Assembly (NCBI RefSeq): GCF_030028105.1
Contig: NC_092393.1
Coordinates: 19,323,825 to 19,387,824, forward strand
DNA length: 64,000 nt
Reading direction: 5' to 3'
DNA from: Mobula birostris
Lineage: Eukaryota
The notes below the pieces were generated by a model. It searched no databases. It saw nothing but the letters and a program-made list of their open reading frames with translations, and had not been told where the DNA came from. This document shows positions 47,855 to 59,775 of the stretch, piece by piece (positions within the stretch are counted from its first letter, which is position 1; every line of letters begins with the position of its first letter). Position numbers and translations under genes: made by a program.

Positions 47855-50800
47855 AGTCATAGAAAAGTTCAGCACAGAAACAGGCTCTTTGGCCCATCTA
47901 GTCTGTGCTGAACCATTTAAACTGCCTACTCCCATCTACCTGCACCGGGACCGTAGCCCTCCATACCCCTACCATCCAAACTACTCTTAAACGTTGAAGT
48001 CGAGCTGGCATGCAGCACTTGTGCTGGCAGCTCGTTCCACCCTCTGAGTGAAGAAGCTTCCCTCCATGTTCTCCTTAAACTTTTCACCTTTCACCCTTAA
48101 CCCTTGACCTCTAGCCGTAGTCCCACCCAGCCTCAGTGGAAAAAGCCTGCTTGCACTTACCCTATCTATAACCCTCATCATTTTGTATACCTCTACCAAA
48201 ACTCCTCTCAATCTTCTACGATCCAAGGAATAAAGACCTATCCCATTCAATCTTTCCTTATAACTCGATAACATCCTTGTAAATTTTCTCTGTACTCTTT
48301 CAACCTTATGTACATCTTTCCTGTAGGTAGGTGACCAAAACTGCACACCAAACTAAGCCTCACCAGTGACTTGTACAATTTCAACATAACATCCCATCTC
48401 AGTACTCAACACTTTGATTTATGAAAGCCAATGAGCCAAAAGCTTTCTTTATAACCCTACATACCTGTGACACCACTTCAATGGATTATGGATCCCTTTG
48501 TTCCACCGGACTCCTTAGTGCTCACGTTCACTGTGAAAGTCCTACCCTGATTGGTCCTACCAAAGTGCAACATCTTGCATTTGTCTGCATTAAATTCTAG
48601 CTGTCTTTTTTTCAGATCAAAGTTGCTGGTGAACGCCGCAGGGCAGGCAGCATCTCTAAGAAGAGGAAAAGTCGACGTTTCAGGCTGAGACCCTTCGTCA
48701 GGACTAACTGAAGGAAGAGTGAGTAAGGGATTTGAAAGTTGGAGGGGGAGGGGGAGATCCAAAATGATAGGAGAAGACAGGAGGGGGAGAGATGGAGCCA
48801 AGAGCTGGACAGGTGATAGGAAAAAGGGGATATGAGAGGATCATGGGACAGGAGGTCTGGGAAGAAAGACAAGGGGTGGGGGGACCCAGAGGATGAGCAA
48901 GGGGTATATTCAGAGGGACAGAGGGAGAAAAAGGAGAGTGAGAGTAAGAATGTGTGTATAAAAATAAGTAACAGATGGGGTACGAGGGGGAGGTGGGGCC
49001 TTAGCGGAAGTTGGAGAAGTCGATGTTCATGCCATCAGGTTGGAGGCTACCCAGAAGGAATATAAGGTGTTGGAATATAAGGAATATAAGGCCCCACCTC
49101 CCCCTCGTACCCCATCTGTTACTTATTTTTATGCACACATTCTTTCTCTCACTCTCCTTTTTCTCCCTCTGTCCCTCTGAACATACTCCTTGCCCATCCT
49201 CTGGGTCCCCCCCCCCCCGTCTTTCTTCCCGGACCTCCTGTCCCATGATCCTCTTGTATCCCTTTTGCCAATCACCTGTCCAGCTCTTGGCTCCATCCCT
49301 CCCCCTCCTGTCTTCTCCTATCATTTTGGATCTCCCCCTCCCCCTCTAACTTTCAAATCCCTTACTCACTCTTCCTTCAGTTAGTCCTGACGAAGGGTCT
49401 CGGCCTGAAACATCGACTGCACCTCTCCCTGGAGATGCTGCCTGGCCTGCTGCGTTCACCAGCAACTTTTATGTGTGTTGCTTGAATTTCCAGCATCTGC
49501 ACAATTCCTGTTGTTTGTGTCATTTTTTCAGACCATTTTTCCAGCTGGCCCAGATCCTGCTGCAAGCTATGATAGCCTTCCTCACTGCCCACTCCTGCAA
49601 ATTTTGGTGTCATTGATGTCATCTGCAAATTTACTGATCCAGTTAACCACATTATCATCCAGATTATTGATATAGATGACAGACAACAATGGATTCAGCA
49701 CTGATCCCTGCTGTACTCCACTAGTCTCAGGCCTCCAGTCAGAGAGGCAACTATCTACTACCACTCTCTGGCTTCTCAAATAAAGCCAATGTCTGATCCA
49801 GTTTACTACCTCATCTTGAATGCTGAGTGACTGAATCTCTTTGACTAACCTCCCATGCAGGACATTGCCAAATGCCTTGATCAAGTCCATGTAGACAACA
49901 TCCACTGTTTTGCTTTCACAACTTTCCTGGTAACTTCCTTGGAAAAACTCGTCAAGATTAGTTCGATGTGATGTACCACACACAAAGCTATGCTGACTAT
50001 TCTTGATCAGTCCATGTCTATCCGATTACTGATATATCCAGTCCCTTAGAATACCATTCAATAACTTTCCTACTACTGATGTGTCAGACTCACCGGCCTA
50101 TAGTTTCCTAGTTTATTTTTAGAGTCTTTCCTAAATAGTGGAACAACATTGGCTATCCTCCAGTCCTCTGATACCTCAACTGTTGCTAAAGATGATTTGA
50201 ATAACTCTGCTAGGGCCCTGGCAACTTCTGCTCTTGCCTCTCACAGAGTCTGAGGGAACACCTTGTCAGGCCCTAGGGATTTATTTACCCTAATATGCCT
50301 CAGGACAGCAAACACCTCCTTCTCTGTAATCTGTATAGAGTCCATAAAGTTAATGTTAGTTTGCCTCACTTCTATAGACTCTGCATCCATCTCCAGAGTA
50401 AATACAGATGCAAAAAATTAATTTAGGATCTCCCCCATCTTTTTTGGCTCTACCCATAGGTTACCATCTTGATCTTCCGAGAACAATATTGTCCCTTACA
50501 ATTCCTTAACTCTGAACATATCTGTAGACTTCCCGAGGATTCTCCTTCACCTTGTTTGCTACGGCAACGTCATGCCTTCTTTTAGCCTTCCTGATTTCTT
50601 TCTGGGAGTGTTCTCTAGCATTTTTTATACTCCATAAGCATCTCATTTGTTCTTACTTGCATAAACTTGCTAGCCACCTCCATTTTTTTCCCCTTAACCA
50701 TGGCTTCAAAATCTCTTGAAAAACAATGTTTCCTAAACCCGTTTTCTTTATCTTTTGACAGGCACATACAAGGTTTGTACTCACAAAATTTCAAGTTTGA

Positions 50801-51990
50801 AGGCCTTCCTCTTACCAAGTACACCTTTGCCAGGAAACACCCCATCCCAATCCATGCTTCTCAAATCCTGTCTGATACCATAAGAAATGGCCTTTCTCCA
50901 ATTTAGAATCTTAACCCATAAACCAGACCTATTTTTTGCATTATTTTAAAATTAATTGCATTGTGATCATTCAGTGCAAAATGACCCCTTACACAAACTT
51001 CTGTCACCTGTCCTCTCTCATTCCATAACAGGAGATCAAGTATCATGCACTCTCTCATTGGTTCTTCTGCATACTGATGAAGGTATCTTTCTTGAACATG
51101 TTCGACAAATTATATTCCATCTAGTCCTTTTACAGCATGGAGATCCCATTCAATATGTTAAAATCACCTACTATAAAACCTCATGTTTCTTGCAACAGTC
51201 TGCAATCTCTCTGCAAATTTGTCCCTCTAAATCCCTCAGCTTATTAGGTGGTCTATAATATAGCCCCATTAACGTAGTCAAAATCTTTCTTACTGTTCAG
51301 TTCCACCCATAACACCTCTCCAGACGGGTTCTCCAGTCAGTTCTGACTGAGCACTATGTGACATTTTCCCTGACTAGTAATGCCACCCCTCTTCATTTAA
51401 TCCCTCCCATGGTCACGACTAAAACAATGGAACTCCGGAATATTGAGCTGCCAGGCCTGCCCCTCCTGCAACCATGTGTCACGAAAGGCTGCAATATCAT
51501 ATTTTCAGGTGTTGATCCATGTCCTGAGCTTATCCACATTTTTTACAATATTTCTTGCATTGAAGTATATGCAGCTTAGAACATTAGTCACACCATGGTC
51601 AACCTTTTGATTCCTGACTTTGCCTGAGGTCTTAACAACATTGGTCTCCACAACCTCTCCCCTATCTGTTTTGGCACTCTGGTTCCCATCCCCCACCCCA
51701 TGCAGCACCAGCAAACCTTACTGCTAGGATATTAGTCCCCCTCCAATTCAGGTTCAAACCATCTCTTTTGTATAGGTTTCACCTTCCCTGGAAGAGAGCC
51801 CAATGATCCAAAAATCTTATGCCCTCCCTCTTACACATAAATCCTTAGCTATGTGTTAAACTGTACAATCTTCCTATTTCTGGCCTCCCTAGCACATGGT
51901 ATGTGTAGCAATCATGAGATCAGAAGCCTTTAACCTAGCACCTAACTCACTTTGCAGAACCTTGTCACTCTTCCTACCTAAGTCATTGGT
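47855..51990 (-). mobile_element. Long decayed CR1 LINE (ORF1 end, APE, RT, 3' UTR), split by a PLE
   Basis: LSCIYFNARNIVKNVDKL; VDVVYMDLIKAFGNV; SGVQQGSVLNP..ISKFADD; QFWSPTYRKDV; TTCTATGACTC tail. Confidence 0.92.
48617..49517. mobile_element. Family A PLE insertion made almost entirely of two inverted pLTRs (~385-bp arms, ~83-bp spacer)
   Basis: 48617-49003 matches the reverse complement of 49087-~49470. TSD TGTC(T/A)TTTTTTCAGA at 48602-48616 and 49518-49532. Hammerheads at 48670-48706 (minus, intact) and 49382-49419 (plus, helix III mutated). Confidence 0.92.
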
Positions 51991-52001
51991 ACTAGTGGCA
52001 T

Positions 52002-55000
52002 TGTTATGCCACTCAGTTAGTCACTCCAACATAGGAGGGGTTCACATGCCAGCATTATTAATAAAGCTCAGTTGAATATCCTGCATGCTGGTCTTCTGGT
52101 GTGTTCTGCACTCTCCCAAAATATCGAACACAACATGGTCTCAGAAGTGGTTGATTGTCAATAAATTGCTGCTACTGACCAAGTGAGACCCCAACAAGGC
52201 AAGAATTTACAGTAAAACTGTTTTTGTTCACACATATCTATGAAAAATATCCAAGAATTATCAACCTAAACTGTCTATGCTAGTTTGCTAAGTTGTATGC
52301 ACCATGAGGCTGAGCTGAGTTGCTAGGCAACACCTTCAGGCTGCACCCAAAAGTGACTACATTGTAATAATCTGTGGGCCACTAGCCTGGAGAAGTGCAC
52401 AGAGACACAGACACAGCAGAGAAGTCAGTCAAACATTCAAGAGAAAAGAAGACTTGTTGTCCAAACGAATAAAATAATAAACAGACAAACAAACAGGAAA
52501 ATGGAGAAAATACCTGCATCTACTTACCTAATAAAGCCCCCGAGATATTTGATTTCTCTAAACTAGGAACACTAAGAGATGGCTCAGATGGTTTGAGAGA
52601 TTTAGGGCCGCAAGCAATCTCACTTGGGCTTCAGAAGAGCACTAAGAAAGTACACTGATATATTGCATGGAGGACAAAGCAGAGGACACCATGGGTGGAT
52701 TAGGACTGACAGATACGCAGGAAAAGGAATTCAAAACAGTGCAGGAAAAAAAATCGAAGAAAAATTCACAGGAAAACAGTATGTGATATATGAGAGGAAA
52801 TGGGGTGCAGTCAGAAACACTACAGAAAGAGGAGAGAGTAGATCTCAGCTCAAACAAAACAGACAAGTGAAACAAAGAACAGGTAAAATGTCCAAATGCA
52901 GGAGATGCAGCAAGTCTTCATTCCATGTCAAAGAGCTCTGTCCAGCAGAATAATTAAAATGCCGCCAAAGCAATAGAGTTAGCCATGATAAAAGCCAGAG
53001 TTACTCAAAAACAGTTCCTCAGGAAGTCTAAGAAGACCATGATTCAGACGAAGAGAGACCTTTCCTTGGGACTGTAGATTCAAATAGTCAAGGCTGGTGT
53101 ACTGTGGTTTAGATGCAAAATGAGGTAGTGACATTCAAAATGGACACTGGGTTAGATGTCACAGCCATCCCTGAATGTCTGTTCACAAAACTGGTGAAGA
53201 TAACAGGTGTTATCCTAAACCTAACAAAGAGAGTACCCATGGGGACAGGAAAACAAACACAGTGTGAAAGGAATGTTTACTATTCCCATCCTAAAAAATG
53301 AGAAACGGATGTTTGTGTTGTTCAGAATCTCTTCTTACCACTACTGGGACAACATGCCATTAAGAAGTTGAACCTCATTGCAGGGTTTGATTTGCTAAAC
53401 AATGTTCAGTAGCAGGAGAGGTACCTGGAGTTGTTCACAGGAAAGAAGAATACCTTATCTAAGTGAGGCCAGGAGTGACACCCGACTCTCTGACTACAGT
53501 GAGGCGCATACCAGTCCCATTGCTGAACAAAGTCGAAGCTGAACTTGAGAGCATGGAGGTGTTTGACATCATAACTAGAGTGAATGGACCTAGTGACTGG
53601 TGTGCAAACATTGTTTCTGTTCCCAAGTGAAATGGTACAGCGAGGATCTGTGTTGATCTAACAAAATTGAATAATGCAGTGAAGTGGGAGAAATTCATTC
53701 TGCCCTCTGTTGAGCACACAGTAGGTAGGCTGGGTGGGGCAAAATTCTTCACCAAACTAGATGCAAACTCAGGGTTCTGGGAGATCCGTTTAGCTCCAGA
53801 GTCACAGGAGCTCACAACCTTTATCACACACACACACTCCCACTCCCCTTTGGCATCTCATCAGCCCCTGATCTCTTTCAGATGAGGATGAACCAAAGTT
53901 TGGAGGGACTGGAAGGAGTATCTGCCACATGGACAATACAATCATCTTCAGAGGCTCAATTAAGGACAAAAGTATGGAAACTGCCTTGGAGAAACGGAAA
54001 CAAGCTGGATTCGTTGTTGCGGATAAATGTCAGGAGCAGCAGACAGAATAGATCAGGCCGACTCAGAGAGTTGTTTCAGACTAAAGGATTTCATTTACAT
54101 GATATCATGGAGAGCCCAAGCACCTAAAAGCGGGATCTTGGAACTCTGCTTAACAATAGAGTACACTCTTATTTATACCCCAGAAGTACGTGACAGGAAG
54201 CACTCAAAGCTGTAAGGAGGAACCTAAGCTACAATCCTACAGAATAGCAAAGCTGCACAATATGCCCTTGAGAGGTTATACATTTTCTTAAGTGTTAGTT
54301 CTCAGGACAGTGTATCAGGCTTTCCCAAGCACAGACATGTGATGATTCTTAGAACAAGGAAGCACAGACATAGTTTTTTCTCATACCATCTACAAAGCAC
54401 ATTTCAGTCACACAGTGTACATCAGTCGCAGATAAGTGATTACAGACTTTGAATTCACGTACTAGAAGGTCATTAACCCCTTAACATTCATCACAATGTC
54501 TTACTATTTTTCTTCCACATTCATCCTGAACAAAAAGAAATGCTAATTTGCAAAGTTGAAGGTGAAGTTTGTAGGGCACCAACAGTCCTCAGAGGGAGTG
54601 CTACCAGATACAGACAAACTGCCAGGAATTTGGAACATGCAACAACCTACAGATGTATCAGAGATTTACAGTTTCGTTGGCATGGTAAATCAGCTGGAAA
54701 GTTGATTCTAGATTTGTCAGAGAAAAGAAAGCCACTATGAGACCTCCTCTCTCAGAGAAACATTCGAACCTGGGATGCACCACAGGAAAAGTTATTCTCT
54801 TCACTTAAAGCACAGCTCATCTTTCCACCAACATTGGCATTCCTTGATCTGAACAAAGCAACCCCCAAGGTCTCAACGGATGCCTCTTCCTTTGAATTGA
54901 GGGGAGTGCTCATGCAAACTGCAGTGGTGTGTGGAAACCGGTGGCATATGCATCAAGAGCTTGACTCCCACTGACAGCGTTAAGCCCAAATCGAAAAGGA

Positions 55001-57160
55001 GATGCTGGCTCTCATGTGGCCTTGTGAAAGCTTTAGCTGCTACTTGTTAGGTATTAAATTCCTATTTGAAACAGACCACACCCCACTTGTCAGCCTCCTC
55101 AGCTCAAAACACTCGGATGACTTACTTCCATGTCTGCAAAGATTCAGAATGAAGCTTATGTGATATGGTTGGTACATTGAACATGCCCCCAGCAAATCTT
55201 TCACACCACTGGACACTCTGTGGAGGATGCCATGCAAAAGTGAGTGGGACGGAAGTTGACTCTGCCCTCATGGAAGATGCCATTATAACGCCCTGGTTAA
55301 GATTTCTGTAGAAGCAGCATATTCTGCTGATTGTGTTTGGGTTTCAGTTAAAGGTAAAGGGTTGTGATATTCAAATTAGGAATGTTGGGTCAGCTAATCA
55401 GGCTGGTGGTATTGGGAGAAGGTTCCAGATAAAGCTGGGTGGAGAGGTTTTGTGATGGACACTGGTGGAGATTGTAGTCTTCTTGGTGGGAGATGGAGAG
55501 AGAAAACAATCGATCCAACTGGAATGGGTGATATGATGGACTACAGGATGGGAAGGTCTACTGGTGTTTGGTGTATAGCAGCAGCACTGTAAGGAGAGAC
55601 ACACCCAGATTTTGGAAGATATGAGCTCCAACCTGGTGCACATTTGACTGGTTTAATTATAACGGGGACTTTTATTTTTTTCCTTTTTTTAATAACTATT
55701 TGATTATGCTGAGATTCATAAATACAGCTTTACAGTTGTATGCGGTGTATGATCTGATATTTCTTGGCGACGGATATTTGCACATAGGCAGTGTTTACAC
55801 AGTATTCGTTCAGATCAGGGTTCGGGTGGTCATAACATCCCAACTTTGCGGTTTGGTGGGACCCAAATCATACCGACCCTAGATGTATGGATTTTGAGAA
55901 AGATGGTTTTCTCACCGCTGCGTCCAGTGGCCGTTAGCGAGTTACTAATAAGCCAAGAAGCCTGGTAAAAGGGGGTTCACCAACATATACTTAACTCAGG
56001 CATGTGAAAGCTTTCCTGCATCACAGAATAAATGGAATGAAATTTGCACTGTTGAAAAAGGATCAAATCTGCAGCAAGGTCGTGCAATACAGTGAGAATG
56101 GATGGCCAGCTGTTCTAAAAGGAGCTCACAAACTCAGTCCTTACTGACTTGAAAGAAATGCAATCACCATTCTTGATGGTTTGCTGCTAAATGGCTCCAG
56201 ACACATTCTAAGCACACCAACATCAGTTAAATCCACCAAGGACATCAAAGCATCAAAAATCTGCCTATGAGCAAGGCAATCTACGTGGTGGCCTGCTCTG
56301 AGCAGGGAGATTATGTAAAGCAATGCCAAGCATGCAGAAAACTGCACAAAAATTATGCTAAACCTCTCTGTCCCACAGAACTCTCAGACTTTCCATAGCA
56401 AATTGCAGACACAGACATTTTTGCACTGAAGAAACAAATATCTTCTCACAATGAATTACTACTACCTGAATGTTGAGATGTCCAAGCTGTCCTCTGCATA
56501 ATTAGCAAAAGTTGTACAGCATCATTAAGCTGTATTTGCTCTCCATGGAATACCAGAGACACATTTGTCAGACAACGTTCCACAATTCAGCTGCTCAGAA
56601 TTCAAAGTCTTTGCTAGGGACTATGAGTTCAAACACCAGACAAACAGTCCATGGTACCCACAGGCAAATGGAGAAGCGGAAAGAGCAGTGCAAACTGTTG
56701 AGGGCCTCCTACTGAAGACAAAAGATCTTTACAAAGCACTGCCAGCTTATCAGCTTACACCTCTTGCAAATGGCTACAGTCCATCAGAGCTGTCAATGGC
56801 CTGGTGACTGAGAACAAGCCTGCCTGTTCCTCCTTCCCCTCTCTAACCTCACTTAACCAGACTTAGACAAAGTGACATATTTTGAGATAACACAGCATGA
56901 GAATATGAAAAGCATTCATGATCTCAGACACAGAGGAAAATCTTTGACACTGCTCAAGAGTGGTAAAGCTGTCTGGGTTTCAGACCAATTCACCAAAGTA
57001 ACAATAGTCTGACAGCATGCACCACGATTGTTTGTGATCAGAACATCACAAGGTGAAATCACACAGAACAGGCATGCGCTCATGCACCTTCAAAGTCCAC
57101 AAGAGGTAGAGGAAGAAATAGAATGACCTGTTCTTTATGACGAGGACCACATACCTGAGG
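52002..57160 (+). mobile_element. Decayed Ty3/Gypsy (Mag-like) LTR retrotransposon
   Basis: Putative short 5' LTR TG..CA at 52002-52135 with AATAAA; PBS TGGTCTCAGAAGTGG (tRNA-Leu-like) at 52136-52150. Zinc-knuckle remnant CRRCSKSSFH..ELC, protease FKMDTG, RT ICVDLTKLN/FTKLDANSGFW, RNase H TDASS/QIEKE/ETDH, integrase SDNVPQF..YPQANGEAERAV, in PR-RT-RH-IN order. No 3' LTR recognised. Confidence 0.9.
55284..55979 (+). mobile_element. Probable solo LTR inserted into the Gypsy pol region
   Basis: Interrupts pol between RNase H and integrase. Ends TATAACGCCC...GGGGGTTCA (decayed TGTAAC..GTTACA); flanks CCAT/CCAA. Resembles 1-421. Confidence 0.5.
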
Positions 57161-57324
57161 TGGACAGTTGTTATATTTGCACTATTGTTTTAAAATGGTG
57201 GATGCAATGAACTGTGAAATTATGGCCTGGTTATTTAACTTTGGAGGTGTGCAAATAATTGCAATCAATTCCAAGAGAAAGTATTTAGTGAGGTACAGGC
57301 TAATTAGGGACAGTTAGGATGGAC

Positions 57325-58255
57325 TAAAACCAGACGATGCAGGAAACATTCAGCAGACACTAGTTGGAAAGAAAGGCAACTAATGTTTCAGCTTGGAAAT
57401 CCTTCATTGGAATTAGAAAATGAGAAAACAATACAGTTTTAGGTTGTAAGAGGGTGAGGAGAGATAGTTCAGAAAAAATCAATACATCTGATACGTGAGG
57501 CCAAATGATAGATTGCCGTGGTGATGCATTTTGTGATGTAGTTTTGTTGGTAGATTAATGAGGGAAACGGGGAGAGGGAGAAGGGGAGAGAGGGAGGGCA
57601 AGGGAGGGAACAAAGTGGCAGATGAAAGCTGTGTAATACAAGTCAGATTTGTTGCAGGAAATAGAAAACAAAATATAGCAAACATCCACAAAATCTGGCT
57701 AGATCTGTGAGAGGGAAAGTTGAGTTCATATTACAGACCGATACCCTGATTGGAGAACCAGCCAGTTCTGAAACAAGTTGAGAAAGTAAGTTACCTGAAA
57801 AGGTCAGATATGCCCAGATGGAAAATGAGATAATGTTCTTCAGCCTTTCTGTACAATATGGTCTTGTTGGCACTGTGCAAAAAGCCACAGACAGATAATC
57901 AGCGTGAGAATTGGATGAAGAATAAAAATGACGAAGTTGGAAGCTCAAAGTCAATCTTGCAGACAAATGAAGGTAGGCCACAAGACAGTCACCTTATCTC
58001 TACCAGTTCAAGCATTAAATGTAATAACAAGATTGGAAGTAGCTCCATGAATTGTAGCTTCACCTTGAAGACTATTTGGTCCGTAGATGGTGGGAAGGGA
58101 ACCAGTTGCATAGGAATGTGTCATTTGATGGGTGGTTGGATGAGATGGAAATGTAGACCTAGGAGTTGTGAAGGAAACAGTCCCTTTGAAATATTTAAAG
58201 GTGAGGTGAGGGGATGATGATTCTGGGTGGTGGTAACTCACTGAAGGTGACTGAA
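57325..58255 (-). mobile_element. Highly decayed Penelope-like remnant (a similar plus-strand remnant lies at ~34130-34720)
   Basis: Purine-rich pLTR-like block and residual RL.E.H.IF.LG / SLQ-type sequence. Confidence 0.5.
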
Positions 58256-58924
58256 CCTAAACTTCCAGTTGCCTGTCACTGCATTTATTCCTATATTTAA
58301 AGTAATCGGTGTAAAGATTGTTGAAGAAAACTAATTTCACCCAGAGGATTGTCAGTGTGTGGAACTCACCACCTGAAAGGGTGGCAGAACAGAAAAAAAT
58401 AATCTTTCGCAAAATGCTTAGACTTTTTCTTGAAGATCTGCAGAAAGACAAGGGACAATTCCTAGATGATGGAATTGGGTAGGACATCATTTTTTCAACT
58501 AGCATAGACACTCTGGGCTGAATGGCACCCTCTATGGCAAATGTTCTATGATTTCTGCCCATTGAAGGACCTGCCATTTAATTGAGACTTATTACGTGAC
58601 AAAGAATTGTGCAATGTTGTTCATCAAGATTACCAGCTTGTTTTTGATCAGTTGATTTCCCATCATGGTTTTCACAAATAAAACTATTACATAAAAAGCA
58701 AGTTCCATTAACCTCCTTCATAATATCAAATCTATTGATTAAAAAAACACCCAGAGGTTTACAGTGAAGCAATAGTAAAAAGTAAAATTGAATTCAACAA
58801 ATATTGTCATTTGGTAAGCTAACAACTAGTAAATGACAATGGAGACAGCTCTGTAATTGCAACCACCGTAGACATTATTAGTACAGGAATCTGCTTTTGC
58901 AAATACTGAAATTCCAGAGCATTA

Positions 58925-59095
58925 ATTCAAAGTTCAAAATAAATTTACTATCAAAGTACATATATGTCACCATATTTCTTGTGAGCAGACTCAATTAATC
59001 CATAACAGAATAACAATAGAATCAATGAAAGACTGCACCAACATGGGCACTCAACCAGTGTGCAAAAGACAACAAACTGTGCAAATACAAGAAGA

Positions 59096-59129
<34 letters not shown>

Positions 59130-59725
59130 CAATAAATATTGAGATTATCAGATGAAGAGTCCTTGAAAGTGAGTCCCTAGGTTGTGGAAGTATTTCAGTG
59201 ATGGAGCAAGTGAAGTTGAGTGGTTATCCCCTTTGGTTGAGGGTTAATAACCTGGTGGTGTGTGTTCTGAAGATTCCTGTACCACCTTCTTGATGGCAGC
59301 AAAGAGAAGCAAACACGGCTTGGGTGGTGGGGGTCCCTGATGATGGATGCTGCTTTCTTGCAACAAAGCTCCATGTAGATGGGGAGCGCTTTCCCCATGG
59401 TGGACTGGACAATGTTCACTACTTTTTGTAGGACTTTCCTTTCAAGGGTATTGGTGTTTCCATATCAGGCTATGAGGCACCCAGTCAATATACTCTCCAC
59501 CACGCATCTATAGTAGTTTCTCAGTTTTAGATGGCACGCCGAATCTTTGCAAACTCCTAAGGAAGTAGAGGCACTGCCATACTTTCTTGATAATTGCACT
59601 TTCGTGCTGGGCCCGGGTCAAGTCCTCCAAAATGGTAACACCAAGGAATTTAATGTTGTTGACCCTCTCCACCTCCTATTCTCTAATGAGGACTCGCTCA
59701 TGGACCTCTGGTTTCCTCCTCCTAA
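58925..59725 (-). mobile_element. Rex1/Babar LINE 3' fragment with (AAT)n microsatellite at ~59097-59123
   Basis: CCKKAASIIRDPHHPSRVCFSLLPSRRWYR; tail TTGAACTTTGAA. Confidence 0.85.
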
Positions 59726-59775
59726 AGTTCAAGTTGGCTTTAACTGCGTGACAATTTCTGTTATCTGGCTGGGTT

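Noticed and set aside
59097-59123. (AAT)n microsatellite and several poly-C/G runs (e.g. ~5654-5669, 25192-25204)
   Set aside because: Ordinary simple repeats; the AAT run is part of a Rex1 3' UTR.
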